Of a stretch of 46,797 bases of DNA, positions 7,870 to 16,467 are shown in pieces. The stretch is from the NCBI GenBank assembly GCA_938074535.1, contig CALJER010000039.1, positions 1 to 46,797 on the forward strand. The letters run 5' to 3'. The translations under genes and the position numbers were made by a program. The stretch comes from an uncultured archaeon. Its GTDB lineage: Archaea; Hadarchaeota; Hadarchaeia; Hadarchaeales; WYZ-LMO6. Under the pieces are notes generated by a model. The model was not told the DNA's origin and did not search any database. It saw only the letters and a program-made list of their open reading frames with translations. Position 1 is the stretch's first letter; each line of letters starts with the position of its first letter.

Positions 7870-8301
7870 CACGCGCGTTGGGCCACCCACCTGGCGAAGG
7901 TGCTCACGGAGGACCAGCTCAGGGTCTTCTTCGGCTGGAGCAGGAAGAGCCAGGTCCCCGCCAGGTACGTGCACCTCTCCGGGAGGGACGTGGACGAGGC
8001 CCCGGCCGGGCACTACGGCCTGGGCCGGGAAGCCGCCTCCGCCTCCTGCCCCCGCTGCGGCCTCACCGTCCAGAGGGGCCTCAACTACTGCCCCAGGTGC
8101 TCCGCCCTCCTCTCCCCGGCGGAGGGGGCCAGGGTGGAGGAGCTCAGGAGGAAGGAGGACGAGCTCGTGGCCAGGGTGGTGAGGGAGCTCATCGAGCTGG
8201 CCCCCGGCCTGCTGGAGAGGGTGCTGGTGGAGAGCGGCGCGGCGGAGGAGCTCGGCCCGGTAAGTGAATCGTATCGAGTTGGTCCCGCGGGGGAGATTTG
8301 A
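7870..8301 (+). pseudogene. C-terminal remnant of archaeal tyrosine recombinase/integrase with Zn-ribbon tail
   Basis: ATHLAKVLTEDQLRVFFGWSRKSQVPARYVHLSGRDVDEA (GW and catalytic Tyr box) followed by CPRCG...YCPRC; upstream catalytic boxes (first Arg, intact HxxRH) missing. Confidence 0.85.
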
Positions 8302-8369
8302 ACTCCCGACATGCCGGTCGCGGCCCCGGGTCTACAGCCGGCCGCTCTACCAAGCTGAGCTACCGCGGG
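8280..8369 (-). tRNA. tRNA-Tyr(GUA) with 13-nt intron at 37/38 (8319-8331), CCA encoded
   Basis: CCCGCGG/CCGCGGG acceptor stem (C1-G72, A73), GCTC/GAGC D-stem, GCCGG/CCGGC anticodon stem, GTA at 8335-8333, GGGAG-TTCAAAT-CTCCC T-arm. Confidence 0.95.
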
Positions 8370-8403
8370 ACCGTTTTCTTTTGAACCTCCAGGGATAAAG
8401 CCG

Positions 8404-9510
8404 TTAACCCCCGGCCAGCCTGGCCAGCCTCCTCAGCGCTTTGAGCTTTTCCTCCCTGTCGGCCTTCGCCTCCTCCAGGGAGAGCTGCAGGAACTCCAAC
8501 ACCTCATCGTAGTGCTTCCTGTCCACGGGGTAGGGCACACCGTCCTTCCCCCCCACCGTGAAGGAGTACCTCACGGGGTCCTTCCAGGAGGGGGGCTTCC
8601 CGTACACCAGCGCCGAGAGGAGGGCCAGGGCCCTCACCGTCTTGGGTCCCACCCCCCTGAGAGCCACCAGCTCCTCGTAGTCCCTGGGGTCGACCTCCCT
8701 GACCTTCTTGAGGACGGAGAGGGTCTCCCTGGTGAGCCGGGAGATCCCGTGCCCGCGGGGCATGACCAGCCTTGCCCGCGGAGGCAGGCCCAGGTACTCG
8801 TCCAGGGAGGCCTGCTCCACCTCCCTGCTCAGGAACATGAGGTCCTGCGGATCCTGCTTGGCCAGCTCCACGCTCCCCCTCCTGGCCCCCTCGCTCTCCC
8901 TCGCCGTCATGTCCAGGACCGCCTCCTCCCTCCTCTCCCCCGCTATTCCCGAGTGGGGCTCCTCCACGAAGCTCCCCACCCCCTCCGAGACCCAGTGGTA
9001 CCTGCGGGCCCATCTCTCCCTCATCCCCTGCTGGACCACCGCCCAGTCCCCGTCCTCCGTGAGGATGAAGCTGTGGTGGTAGAGCTGGTAGCCGTCCTGC
9101 ACGCAGGCGGTGTCCACCTTGGCCGCCATCCTGCTGGCGTGCTGGAGCTCACCTATCCTGGCGGAGGAGAGGGAGAAGAGCTCCCCCCACTTCCTGATCT
9201 CCTCGGGCGTCCTCCTGGAGGCCCTCCCCTTCCCCCCGCAGAAGGCCAGCCCGACCTCCTCTGGGTCCACGCCCTCCTTCAGGGCCCCCAGGGTGACCGT
9301 GCTGAGTCCGCTCGAGTGCCAGTCGTAACCCAGGGCGCAGCCCAGGGACTGGAAGAAGAAGGGATCGCCCATCCTCCTCAGCAGTTCCTTCCTCCCGAAC
9401 TCCTGCACGATGACCCTGACCACCGCCCCTCCCAGCCTCCTCATCCTCCCGAAGAGCCAGGGGGGACAACGTCCCCCGTGGAGGGGAAGCTCCGCCGTCC
9501 CTGTCCTCAT
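8404..9510 (-). CDS. DUF763 family protein
   Basis: MRTGTAELPLHGG..PPWLF, GYDWHSSG, AKVD..VQDGY, GVGPKTVRAL, GGKDGVPYPV. Confidence 0.9.
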   Translation of the reverse strand: MRTGTAELPLHGGRCPPWLFGRMRRLGGAVVRVIVQEFGRKELLRRMGDPFFFQSLGCALGYDWHSSGLSTVTLGALKEGVDPEEVGLAFCGGKGRASRRTPEEIRKWGELFSLSSARIGELQHASRMAAKVDTACVQDGYQLYHHSFILTEDGDWAVVQQGMRERWARRYHWVSEGVGSFVEEPHSGIAGERREEAVLDMTARESEGARRGSVELAKQDPQDLMFLSREVEQASLDEYLGLPPRARLVMPRGHGISRLTRETLSVLKKVREVDPRDYEELVALRGVGPKTVRALALLSALVYGKPPSWKDPVRYSFTVGGKDGVPYPVDRKHYDEVLEFLQLSLEEAKADREEKLKALRRLARLAGG

Positions 9511-9544
9511 CCCGAAGAGAAGAAGGGCCCGAGAGGCTTAACCT

Positions 9545-9760
9545 TTACTTCACCAGGTAGTAGCCGGCCGCCTTCTCCCTGGCCACCCTCTTGGCGTACC
9601 CCTTGTTGACGAGCTCCATCAGGGAGTTGTTCACCATCCCCTTGGGCAGCTTCGCCGCCCTCATCACGTCGTCCGCCGTCTTCAGGGTGTTGGGGGAAGT
9701 GGCGCCGAGCTTCTTGAGCGCCTCGTACACCTTCTGGGCGTTTCCCGACAGTCCCTCCAA
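9545..9760 (-). CDS. Small basic winged-helix DNA-binding protein
   Basis: 71 aa, Lys-rich, HTH plus wing pattern; TTG start with AGGTGA SD and upstream TTAAAAA. Confidence 0.72.
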   Translation of the reverse strand: MEGLSGNAQKVYEALKKLGATSPNTLKTADDVMRAAKLPKGMVNNSLMELVNKGYAKRVAREKAAGYYLVK

Positions 9761-9800
9761 GCTTTCACCTTCGGAGGATGGTCTTCTCCCCCTTTTTAAC

Positions 9801-10700
9801 TTATCGATGGCGGCGGGCAGCCCTTCCCTCCACCTCCAGGCTCATGTCCACGGCCAGGGCCCTGAAGGTCATGTAGCTGGAGGAAACCACGTCCGCCCCC
9901 GTTCTGGCGTACTCCTGCAGGTTCTCCGGCGTGATTCCCCCGGAAACCTCCACGAGCACCCTCTCCCTGAGCCCGGCCTTCCTGAGCTCCTCCACCGCCC
10001 TCCTGGCCTCGGACGGAGAGACGTTGTCCAGCATCACGATGTCCGCCCCGGCCCTGGCCGCCTCCAGGGCCTGCTCCGCCGTGGTCACCTCCACCTCCAC
10101 CTTCTTGGTGAAGCTCACCCCCTCCCTGACCTTCCTCACCGCCCTCTCTATCGAGTCCACCAGCCTCAGGTGGTCCTTCTTCACCAGCACCCCGTCGTCC
10201 AGCCTCCACCGGTGGGGATCCCCTCCCCCCACCACCACCGCCCTCTTGTCGAAGTAGGTCAGGAGGGGAAGGGTCTTGCGGGTGGCCGCCACCCTCACCC
10301 CGGGCGCCACCTCCCTGGCCCTCTCCACCATCCGTCTGGTCGCGGTGGCCACCCCGCTCATGCGCATGAGGAGGTTCAGGGAGATCCTCTCCGCCTTCAG
10401 GATTCCCTGGGCGGGACCCTCCACCTCCATCACCACGTCCCCGGGTTTCAGCTCCTCCCCATCCTCCTTCGATCTGAGCGTTCTCACGCCCATCTCCTCG
10501 AAGGCCATCCTGGCCTCCCGGACCCCGGCCAGCACACCCCCTTCTTTGCACACGATCCTTCCCCTCGCCACCAGCTTTGGGTCCACCAGCACCTCGGTGG
10601 TGAGGTCCCCGAAGCTCAGGTCCTCGGCGAGCATCTGCCTGATCTTCTCCCTCACGTAAGGATTCCCACCGGTGCCCGCGGGAACCATGGCGTTCAACAC
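9801..10700 (-). CDS. nadC: Nicotinate-nucleotide pyrophosphorylase (quinolinate phosphoribosyltransferase)
   Basis: EDL..GDLTT, AER..LN, ATRKT, HR..L.D, VEVEV, IVMLDN, EVSGGIT; exact start uncertain. Confidence 0.93.
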   Translation of the reverse strand: MLNAMVPAGTGGNPYVREKIRQMLAEDLSFGDLTTEVLVDPKLVARGRIVCKEGGVLAGVREARMAFEEMGVRTLRSKEDGEELKPGDVVMEVEGPAQGILKAERISLNLLMRMSGVATATRRMVERAREVAPGVRVAATRKTLPLLTYFDKRAVVVGGGDPHRWRLDDGVLVKKDHLRLVDSIERAVRKVREGVSFTKKVEVEVTTAEQALEAARAGADIVMLDNVSPSEARRAVEELRKAGLRERVLVEVSGGITPENLQEYARTGADVVSSSYMTFRALAVDMSLEVEGRAARRHR

Positions 10701-10756
10701 CCGCTTTACTTCCTCCCGGATTTAACTCTACCGCAGGCGCCCTTCCTGGAGCCGGG

Positions 10757-11527
10757 TCATCCGCTCCCCGGGTTGCCGAACCACTCCTCCAGCGGGGAGG
10801 GCCAGGGAGGAGGCCGGCGCAGTTCCTTCCCCTCCACCAGGCAGAGGCGTGGGAGCCTCCCCACCGCCCCCACCCTTCCGCCGTAGAGGATCAGGCAGCC
10901 CCTCACCCCCGGGATCTCCCTCGCCCTCTCCAGCCCCCTCCCCACCGCCTCCTCGGCCTCCCCCCTCACCTCGTTGGAGATGGAGGTGGCGGCCGCGTCG
11001 GAGAGGGAGGCCTCGTCAGAGACCACCGTCACGGCCTCCGCCCAGCCGAAGCTGAGGGAGGGCCCCACCTTTCCCGAGCTGGTGCACACCCCGGCCGGAA
11101 GCTCGCCAGGAGTGAGGACGAGGGCCATCCTGCCCGAGAGGGGGTGGTCCCCGGCGAAGATGCCCACGGAGAACTCCCTCCTGCCGTCCAGGGCTATGTC
11201 CCCCCCGTTCTCCACCACCACGTTGACCCCGCCGGCCTCCCTGGCACCCTCCAGGGCCCGCTGGGCAATGGCCCCGGCCACGGAGGCGAAGGGGCCCACG
11301 CCCGCGGCCTCCCCCGACCTAACCATGAGCTCCACCGTCCTGGGCAGTTCCTCCCCGGGGAAGGAGAGGGGCTCCAGGGAGTACCTGAACTCGGGATGCA
11401 CCAGGAGGAACCTCTCCACCTCCCTCCTGGCCCTGAAGGCGGCGCGCACGGCGGCCCTGGCCACCTCGTGGCTGTCCGCCCTCACCAGGAGGTTGGTCTC
11501 CCTGTACGACCACCTCAGGGAGATCAT
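10757..11527 (-). CDS. UPF0280/COG2122 ApbE-like protein (MA1715-like sulfur assimilation factor)
   Basis: RETNL, VGPFASVAGAIA, VENGGDIA, VCTSSG.VGPSLSFG.A.AVTV, DAAAT; start ATG 11527 overlaps the upstream stop (ATGA). Confidence 0.88.
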   Translation of the reverse strand: MISLRWSYRETNLLVRADSHEVARAAVRAAFRARREVERFLLVHPEFRYSLEPLSFPGEELPRTVELMVRSGEAAGVGPFASVAGAIAQRALEGAREAGGVNVVVENGGDIALDGRREFSVGIFAGDHPLSGRMALVLTPGELPAGVCTSSGKVGPSLSFGWAEAVTVVSDEASLSDAAATSISNEVRGEAEEAVGRGLERAREIPGVRGCLILYGGRVGAVGRLPRLCLVEGKELRRPPPWPSPLEEWFGNPGSG

Positions 11528-11928
11528 TCGAAGCTCCTCACCGTAATGGCCCTGACCGGGCAGGCGGGAACGCAGACCTCGCAGCACACGCACTTCTCCT
11601 CCTCCACCTGCAGCGAGTAGTCCTCCGCCAGCCTGAGGGCCTGCGTGGGGCAGAGGGAAATGCAGGCGCCGCAGTCGAAGCATTTCTCCCTCTCCACCCT
11701 GACCGCCCTCCTCACCTCCACCGCCTCCACTCCCTTCCTCCTGAAGAGGGCCATCATCCTCTCCACCTCCTCGGGGGGCGCGTCCACCCCTATGAGGATC
11801 TCCCCTCCCCTCGCCCCTATGCTGGAATAGAGGATGTTCGCCGGGATTCCCGTCTCCAGCAGGACGGAGGCAAAGACGGGCTCCTCCGCCATCTCGGCCG
11901 GGTACCTGAGCAGGATCTTCCTCTTCAT
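11524..11928 (-). CDS. NIL domain + 2x[4Fe-4S] ferredoxin (MA1822-like)
   Basis: NIL motif (ANILYS); CFDCGACISLCP and CVCCEVCVPACP. Confidence 0.88.
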   Translation of the reverse strand: MKRKILLRYPAEMAEEPVFASVLLETGIPANILYSSIGARGGEILIGVDAPPEEVERMMALFRRKGVEAVEVRRAVRVEREKCFDCGACISLCPTQALRLAEDYSLQVEEEKCVCCEVCVPACPVRAITVRSFE

Positions 11929-11949
11929 CACCCAAGCTCTTCCCCCCGG

Positions 11950-11959
11950 GTTAAAATAT
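11950..11959. promoter_or_regulatory. TATA-like element in the 52-bp divergent intergenic region
   Basis: TTAAAATAT lies about 22-30 bp from both start codons (11928 and 11981). Confidence 0.5.
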
Positions 11960-11980
11960 CTCCCCCTACCGAGTAGGGGG

Positions 11981-13189
11981 ATGGGAAACCTCACCCCCGA
12001 GCGCCTCTCCCGCTACAGGGGACTGGAAAGGGAGTTCGGGAGGGAGGGGCTCATCAACCTGAACCCCATCCAGAGGGGGGGGATCCTCACCCCGGAGGCG
12101 AGGAGGGCCCTGCTGGAGTTCGGGGACGGGTACTCGGTGTGCGACTGGTGCCCCCCCAGGACCCCCAGGCTTGACCGGATAAAGCGGCCCCCCCTGGCCG
12201 AGTTCATGGAGGACCTGGCGGAATTCCTGCACCTGGAGGTGGCCAGGGTGGTGACCAGGTGCAGGGAGGGGAAGTTCATCGCTTTTTCCTCCCTGGCCTC
12301 TCCGGGGGACTGCGTGGTGGTGGACGCCCTAGCCCACTACTCCACCTACCTGGCCGCCGAGCTGGCCCGCGTGAAGGTGAGGGAGGTCCCCCACTCCGGC
12401 CCTCCAGAGTTCAGGATCTCCCCCGAGGCCTACGGGGAGGTGATGGAGAGGGTGAGGAGGGAAACCGGGAGGCCCCCCTCCGTGGTCCTCCTTACCCATG
12501 TGGACCCCTTCTACGGTAACCTGGCCCCGGCGGAGGAGGTGGGAAAGCTGTGCAGGGAGCAGGGGGTGCCCTTCCTGCTGAACGCCGCCTACACCGCAGG
12601 GGTGATGCCCGTGGACGGGAAGAAGCTGGGGGCCGACGTGCTGGTGGGCAGCGGGCACAAGAGCTGGGCCGCCAGCGCCCCCACGGGGATCCTGGCCCTG
12701 GGCGGGGGAGTGGCGGAGAGGGTGCTCCGCAGGTCGGAGATGAAGGGGGACGTGAGCGGCCGTTCCTTCCCGGAGAAGGAGACGGCCCTGCTCGGCTGCA
12801 CGGTGATGGGGGCTCCCCTAGCCACCCTGATGGCTTCCTTCCCACACGTGGTGGAGAGGGTGAAGGGGTGGGAGGAGGAGGTCAGGAAGACCAGGTACCT
12901 GGTGAAGGAGCTGGAGAGGATAGAGGGGACCAGGCAGCTGGGGGAGAAACCCAAGAGGCACACCCTGGTGCAGGTGGAGTCGGAGGGCTTCTACAGGATC
13001 TCCAGGGAGCACCGCAGGAGGGGCTTCTTCCTCTACGAGGAGCTGAGGGAAAGGGGCATCGTGGGCATACAGCCGGGCCTCACCAGGCACTTCAAGCTCA
13101 ACACCTACGGCCTGAAGTGGGAGGAAATCAAGCTCGTGGCGGAAAGCTTCCTGGAGATAGCCAGGAGGCACGGCCTGGCCGTCACCTAG
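11981..13189 (+). CDS. pscS: O-phospho-L-seryl-tRNA:Cys-tRNA synthase (SepCysS)
   Basis: INLNPIQRGG.LT.EAR.AL.EFGDGYSVCDWC, AHYST, GSGHKS (PLP Lys), LLGCT, PGLT..FKL.TYG. Confidence 0.93.
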   Translation: MGNLTPERLSRYRGLEREFGREGLINLNPIQRGGILTPEARRALLEFGDGYSVCDWCPPRTPRLDRIKRPPLAEFMEDLAEFLHLEVARVVTRCREGKFIAFSSLASPGDCVVVDALAHYSTYLAAELARVKVREVPHSGPPEFRISPEAYGEVMERVRRETGRPPSVVLLTHVDPFYGNLAPAEEVGKLCREQGVPFLLNAAYTAGVMPVDGKKLGADVLVGSGHKSWAASAPTGILALGGGVAERVLRRSEMKGDVSGRSFPEKETALLGCTVMGAPLATLMASFPHVVERVKGWEEEVRKTRYLVKELERIEGTRQLGEKPKRHTLVQVESEGFYRISREHRRRGFFLYEELRERGIVGIQPGLTRHFKLNTYGLKWEEIKLVAESFLEIARRHGLAVT

Positions 13190-14028
13190 GTTCCCACCAG
13201 CAGGATCTCCACCAGGTCGCGGAGCCTCATGATGGCGGAGAGGGCCGCAAGGTAGCTGGTTTTGGGATTGCCCGGAGAAGGAACGTTCCTGGCCACCACC
13301 ACCATCTCCCCCGCCTCTCCCACCAGCCTGAGCTCGTGCACGTTCCTGTCCAGGGAAGGATCTGCGATGATCCTCACCCTGAGCCTGTCGAGGCCTATCC
13401 CGGCCAGACCCAGGGTGGCGGCGATGTTCACGCTCTCCGGGAAGGCCCTGACGGCTTCCCTGGCCGTGCCCTCGAACACCACCAGGGGCCCCCTGAGCCC
13501 GGAGAGGTCCACCCCCTTCTCCTTCAGGTAGGGGCTGTAGGAAAGGGCAACGGGAGGCTTCCTGGTGGTGAGCTGCGCCTCCCTTATCCCCACCAGGTGG
13601 GCCGCCTTCACCCCGTCCACCCCCGGGATGGATCCGGAGGGCACGTGGATCCTGCTCCCCCCCTTCCTGGCGGCCTCCAGGAGACGGTGGAGCAGCTCCT
13701 CGTCGGCCAGGGCGCCCACGCTCATCACCATCAGGTCCTTCCCCGACCTCAGAATCTCCTCCCCGTACTCCGCCAGGGCGGACTGGGAGGCTGCCTCCAC
13801 CACCACCCTGGTCTCCGCGTCCGAGAGAAGCTCCCTCACGCTCCCCGCCACCCTGATCCCTCCCAGCTCCTGCGCCAGCCTCCTGCTCCTCTCGGGGTCC
13901 CTGTCGAAGAGGAACCTGAGCTCAGCACTGCCCGCCTTCCCCGCCTTCACCGCCCTGGCCAGGATGCTCCCTATCTCGCCGCAGCCCAGGAGGGAGACCC
14001 CGAGGCGCTTGGAGGGGGAAGAGGCCAA
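13186..14028 (-). CDS. nadX: L-aspartate dehydrogenase
   Basis: GCGEIG, VVEAAS, MSVGAL, PSG.I.G.D, FEGTAREA...FP..VNIAA, PSPGNPKTSYLAALS. Confidence 0.9.
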   Translation of the reverse strand: MASSPSKRLGVSLLGCGEIGSILARAVKAGKAGSAELRFLFDRDPERSRRLAQELGGIRVAGSVRELLSDAETRVVVEAASQSALAEYGEEILRSGKDLMVMSVGALADEELLHRLLEAARKGGSRIHVPSGSIPGVDGVKAAHLVGIREAQLTTRKPPVALSYSPYLKEKGVDLSGLRGPLVVFEGTAREAVRAFPESVNIAATLGLAGIGLDRLRVRIIADPSLDRNVHELRLVGEAGEMVVVARNVPSPGNPKTSYLAALSAIMRLRDLVEILLVGT

Positions 14029-14154
14029 AACTCCTCACCTCCCCCCCTCTGCCTCCCCCCGTTTAACCCTACCGCTTGCGGGAGGCGGAAAAGAAAACGG
14101 ATAAAAAAGCCCGCTCGTAGATATGGGGGGCGACGGAAAAGAGACGTGGGGAAG

Positions 14155-16467
14155 ATGGGCGTCTACATAGAGCGGCTGGAGGACCTGAGCAGAAGCGACC
14201 TGCCCAAAGTGGGGGGAAAGGCCGCCAACCTCGGGGAGATGCACAACGCCGGCCTGCCCGTCCCCTACGCCTTCGTGATCAACACCCGCGCCTACCTGGA
14301 ATTCGTGGAAAAGAACGGACTGAGGGGGAAGATCAGGGAGCTCCTCTCCAGGACGAACGTGGATGATCCCTCGGAACTGGAGAGGAACACGGAGAGGCTG
14401 CGCTCCATGATAGAGGGCTCCCCCATGCCCCCCGAGATAAGGGAGGAGATCCTGAGGGAGTACCGCGACCTCTCCAGGAGGTTCGGGAAGGAGGAGGAGT
14501 ACGTGGCGGTGAGGAGCTCCGCCACCGCCGAGGACGTGCCCGACGCCTCCTTCGCCGGGCAGCAGCTCACCCTGCTCAACGTGAAGGGGGAGGAAGAGGT
14601 GCTGGAAGCCGTGAAGAAGTGCTGGGCCTCCCTCTTCACCTCCAGGGCCACCTTCTACCGGGCCAAAAAGGGCTTCGAGCACGAGAAGGTGCTCATCGCC
14701 CTGGTGGTGCAGAAGCAGCTGGGAATGCTGGGGGAGGAGGGCTACCTGCAGGGAAGGTACAAGGCCGGGGTGGGCTTCACCCTCCACCCCTCGACCGGGG
14801 ACAGGAGCAAGATCGTGGTGGAAGCCTCCTGGGGCCAGGGAGAAGCGGTGGTCTCGGGGGCGGTGACCCCGGACACCTACGTCCTGGACAAGCGAACGGG
14901 GGAGGTGGTGGAGAAGCACGTCTCCTCCAAATCCAGGATGTCCGTGGTCTCCCCCGACGGCGGCCTGAGGGAGAGGGAGGTGCCCCCGGAAATGGTGGGG
15001 AGGGAGTGCCTGACGAAGGACGAGCTCAGGCAGCTCTGGGAACTCGCCCTGAAGCTGGAGGAGCACTACAGGTCCCCCCAGGACTTCGAGTGGGCCAGCG
15101 AGGACGGAAGGGTCTTTTTGCTGCAGGCCAGGCCCGTGACGGTCTTCTACGAGGAGAAGGCGGTGGAGGTGGAGGTGAAGCACCCGCCCCTCCTCAAGGG
15201 CCTCCCGGCCTCCCCGGGGGCCGCCATCGGAACGGTCAGGGTGGTGAGGAGCCCGCAGGAGGCCGCCCAGAAGCTGAGGAAGGGGGACCTCCTGGTCACG
15301 GAGATGACCTCCCCCGACTGGGTGCCCTACATGAAAATTGCCGCCGGCATCATCACCACGGAGGGCGGGATCACCTCCCACGCGGCCATCGTCTCCAGGG
15401 AGCTGGGAATACCCTGCATCGTGGGGGCCAAGGACGCGCTGAAGGTCCTCTCGGAGGGCATGGTCGTGACGCTGGACTCCAGGAAGGGAGTGGTCTACGC
15501 CGGGGAGGTCCCGGAGCTGCTCGCCAGGGAAAAGGCCCTGGAGGTCTCCCCGGAGGAGGTGAGGGGGCTGAAGACCAGCACGAAGATCCTGATGAACCTG
15601 GGGGAGCCCGACGAGATAGGGAGGTACAGGGACCTGCCCTTCGAGGGCATAGGGCTGATGAGGGTGGAGTTCATCATCGCCAGCTGGGTGGGGCAGCACC
15701 CCAACCACCTGCTGGAGAGGGGGGAGGGAGACCTCTACACGGAAAAGCTGGCGGAGGGAATAGCGAGGGTGGCGGAGGCCATCTACCCCAGGTTCGTGGT
15801 GGTGAGGTTCTCCGACTTCAAGACGAACGAGTACAGGAAGCTGAAGGGAGGGGAGAAGTACGAGCCCGCGGAGGCCAACCCCATGCTTGGCTGGAGGGGG
15901 GTATCCAGGTACATCAGCCCGCAGTTCGAGCAGGCCTTCAGGCTGGAGTGCAGGGCCATCAGGAAGGTGAGGGAGAAGGGACTGGACAACGTGTGGGTGA
16001 TGCTCCCGTTCGTGCGCACCGTCTGGGAGGTGGAGAGGTGCCTGCAGATCATGAAGGAGGAGGGACTGGAGAGGGGGGGAACCTTCAAGATCTGGCTGAT
16101 GGCCGAGGTCCCCAGCATCGTCTTCCTGGCGGAGGAGTTCTCCAGGTTCTGCGACGGCTTCAGCATAGGGAGCAACGACCTCACCCAGCTGGTGCTGGGG
16201 GTGGACCGGGACTCGGGAATCCTGGCCAACATGGGGTACTTCGATGAGAGGAACGAGGCGGTGAAGAGGGCGATAGAGGAGCTCATAAGGAAGGCCCACG
16301 CGAAGGGGGTGACGGTCTCCATCTGCGGCCAGGCCCCCAGCGTCTATCCCGAGTTCACGGAGTTCCTGGTGAGGTGCGGGATAGACAGCGTCTCCGTCAA
16401 CCCGGACACCGTGGCCAGGACCAAGCTGCTGGTGTACCAGATGGAGGAGAAGCTGAAGAAAGGATGA
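14155..16467 (+). CDS. ppsA: Phosphoenolpyruvate synthase (pyruvate, water dikinase)
   Basis: VGGKAANLGEM, AVRSSATAED..ASFAGQ, GGITSHAAIVSRELG, EANPMLGWRG, SIGSNDLTQ, SICGQAPS. Confidence 0.95.
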   Translation: MGVYIERLEDLSRSDLPKVGGKAANLGEMHNAGLPVPYAFVINTRAYLEFVEKNGLRGKIRELLSRTNVDDPSELERNTERLRSMIEGSPMPPEIREEILREYRDLSRRFGKEEEYVAVRSSATAEDVPDASFAGQQLTLLNVKGEEEVLEAVKKCWASLFTSRATFYRAKKGFEHEKVLIALVVQKQLGMLGEEGYLQGRYKAGVGFTLHPSTGDRSKIVVEASWGQGEAVVSGAVTPDTYVLDKRTGEVVEKHVSSKSRMSVVSPDGGLREREVPPEMVGRECLTKDELRQLWELALKLEEHYRSPQDFEWASEDGRVFLLQARPVTVFYEEKAVEVEVKHPPLLKGLPASPGAAIGTVRVVRSPQEAAQKLRKGDLLVTEMTSPDWVPYMKIAAGIITTEGGITSHAAIVSRELGIPCIVGAKDALKVLSEGMVVTLDSRKGVVYAGEVPELLAREKALEVSPEEVRGLKTSTKILMNLGEPDEIGRYRDLPFEGIGLMRVEFIIASWVGQHPNHLLERGEGDLYTEKLAEGIARVAEAIYPRFVVVRFSDFKTNEYRKLKGGEKYEPAEANPMLGWRGVSRYISPQFEQAFRLECRAIRKVREKGLDNVWVMLPFVRTVWEVERCLQIMKEEGLERGGTFKIWLMAEVPSIVFLAEEFSRFCDGFSIGSNDLTQLVLGVDRDSGILANMGYFDERNEAVKRAIEELIRKAHAKGVTVSICGQAPSVYPEFTEFLVRCGIDSVSVNPDTVARTKLLVYQMEEKLKKG

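Larger units (their letters stand above)
153..8296. mobile_element. Decayed integrative element/defence island inserted at the tRNA-Tyr 3' end
   Basis: Perfect 17-bp direct repeat TGGTCCCGCGGGGGAGA at 153-169 and 8280-8296 (tRNA 3' end); integrase remnant beside the tRNA; visibly AT-richer RM and nuclease cargo. Confidence 0.88.

Noticed and set aside
12550-14154. Apparent 1305-aa PpsA with a long N-terminal extension
   Set aside because: The extension is an off-frame/antisense shadow of pscS and nadX; homology starts at ATG 14155.
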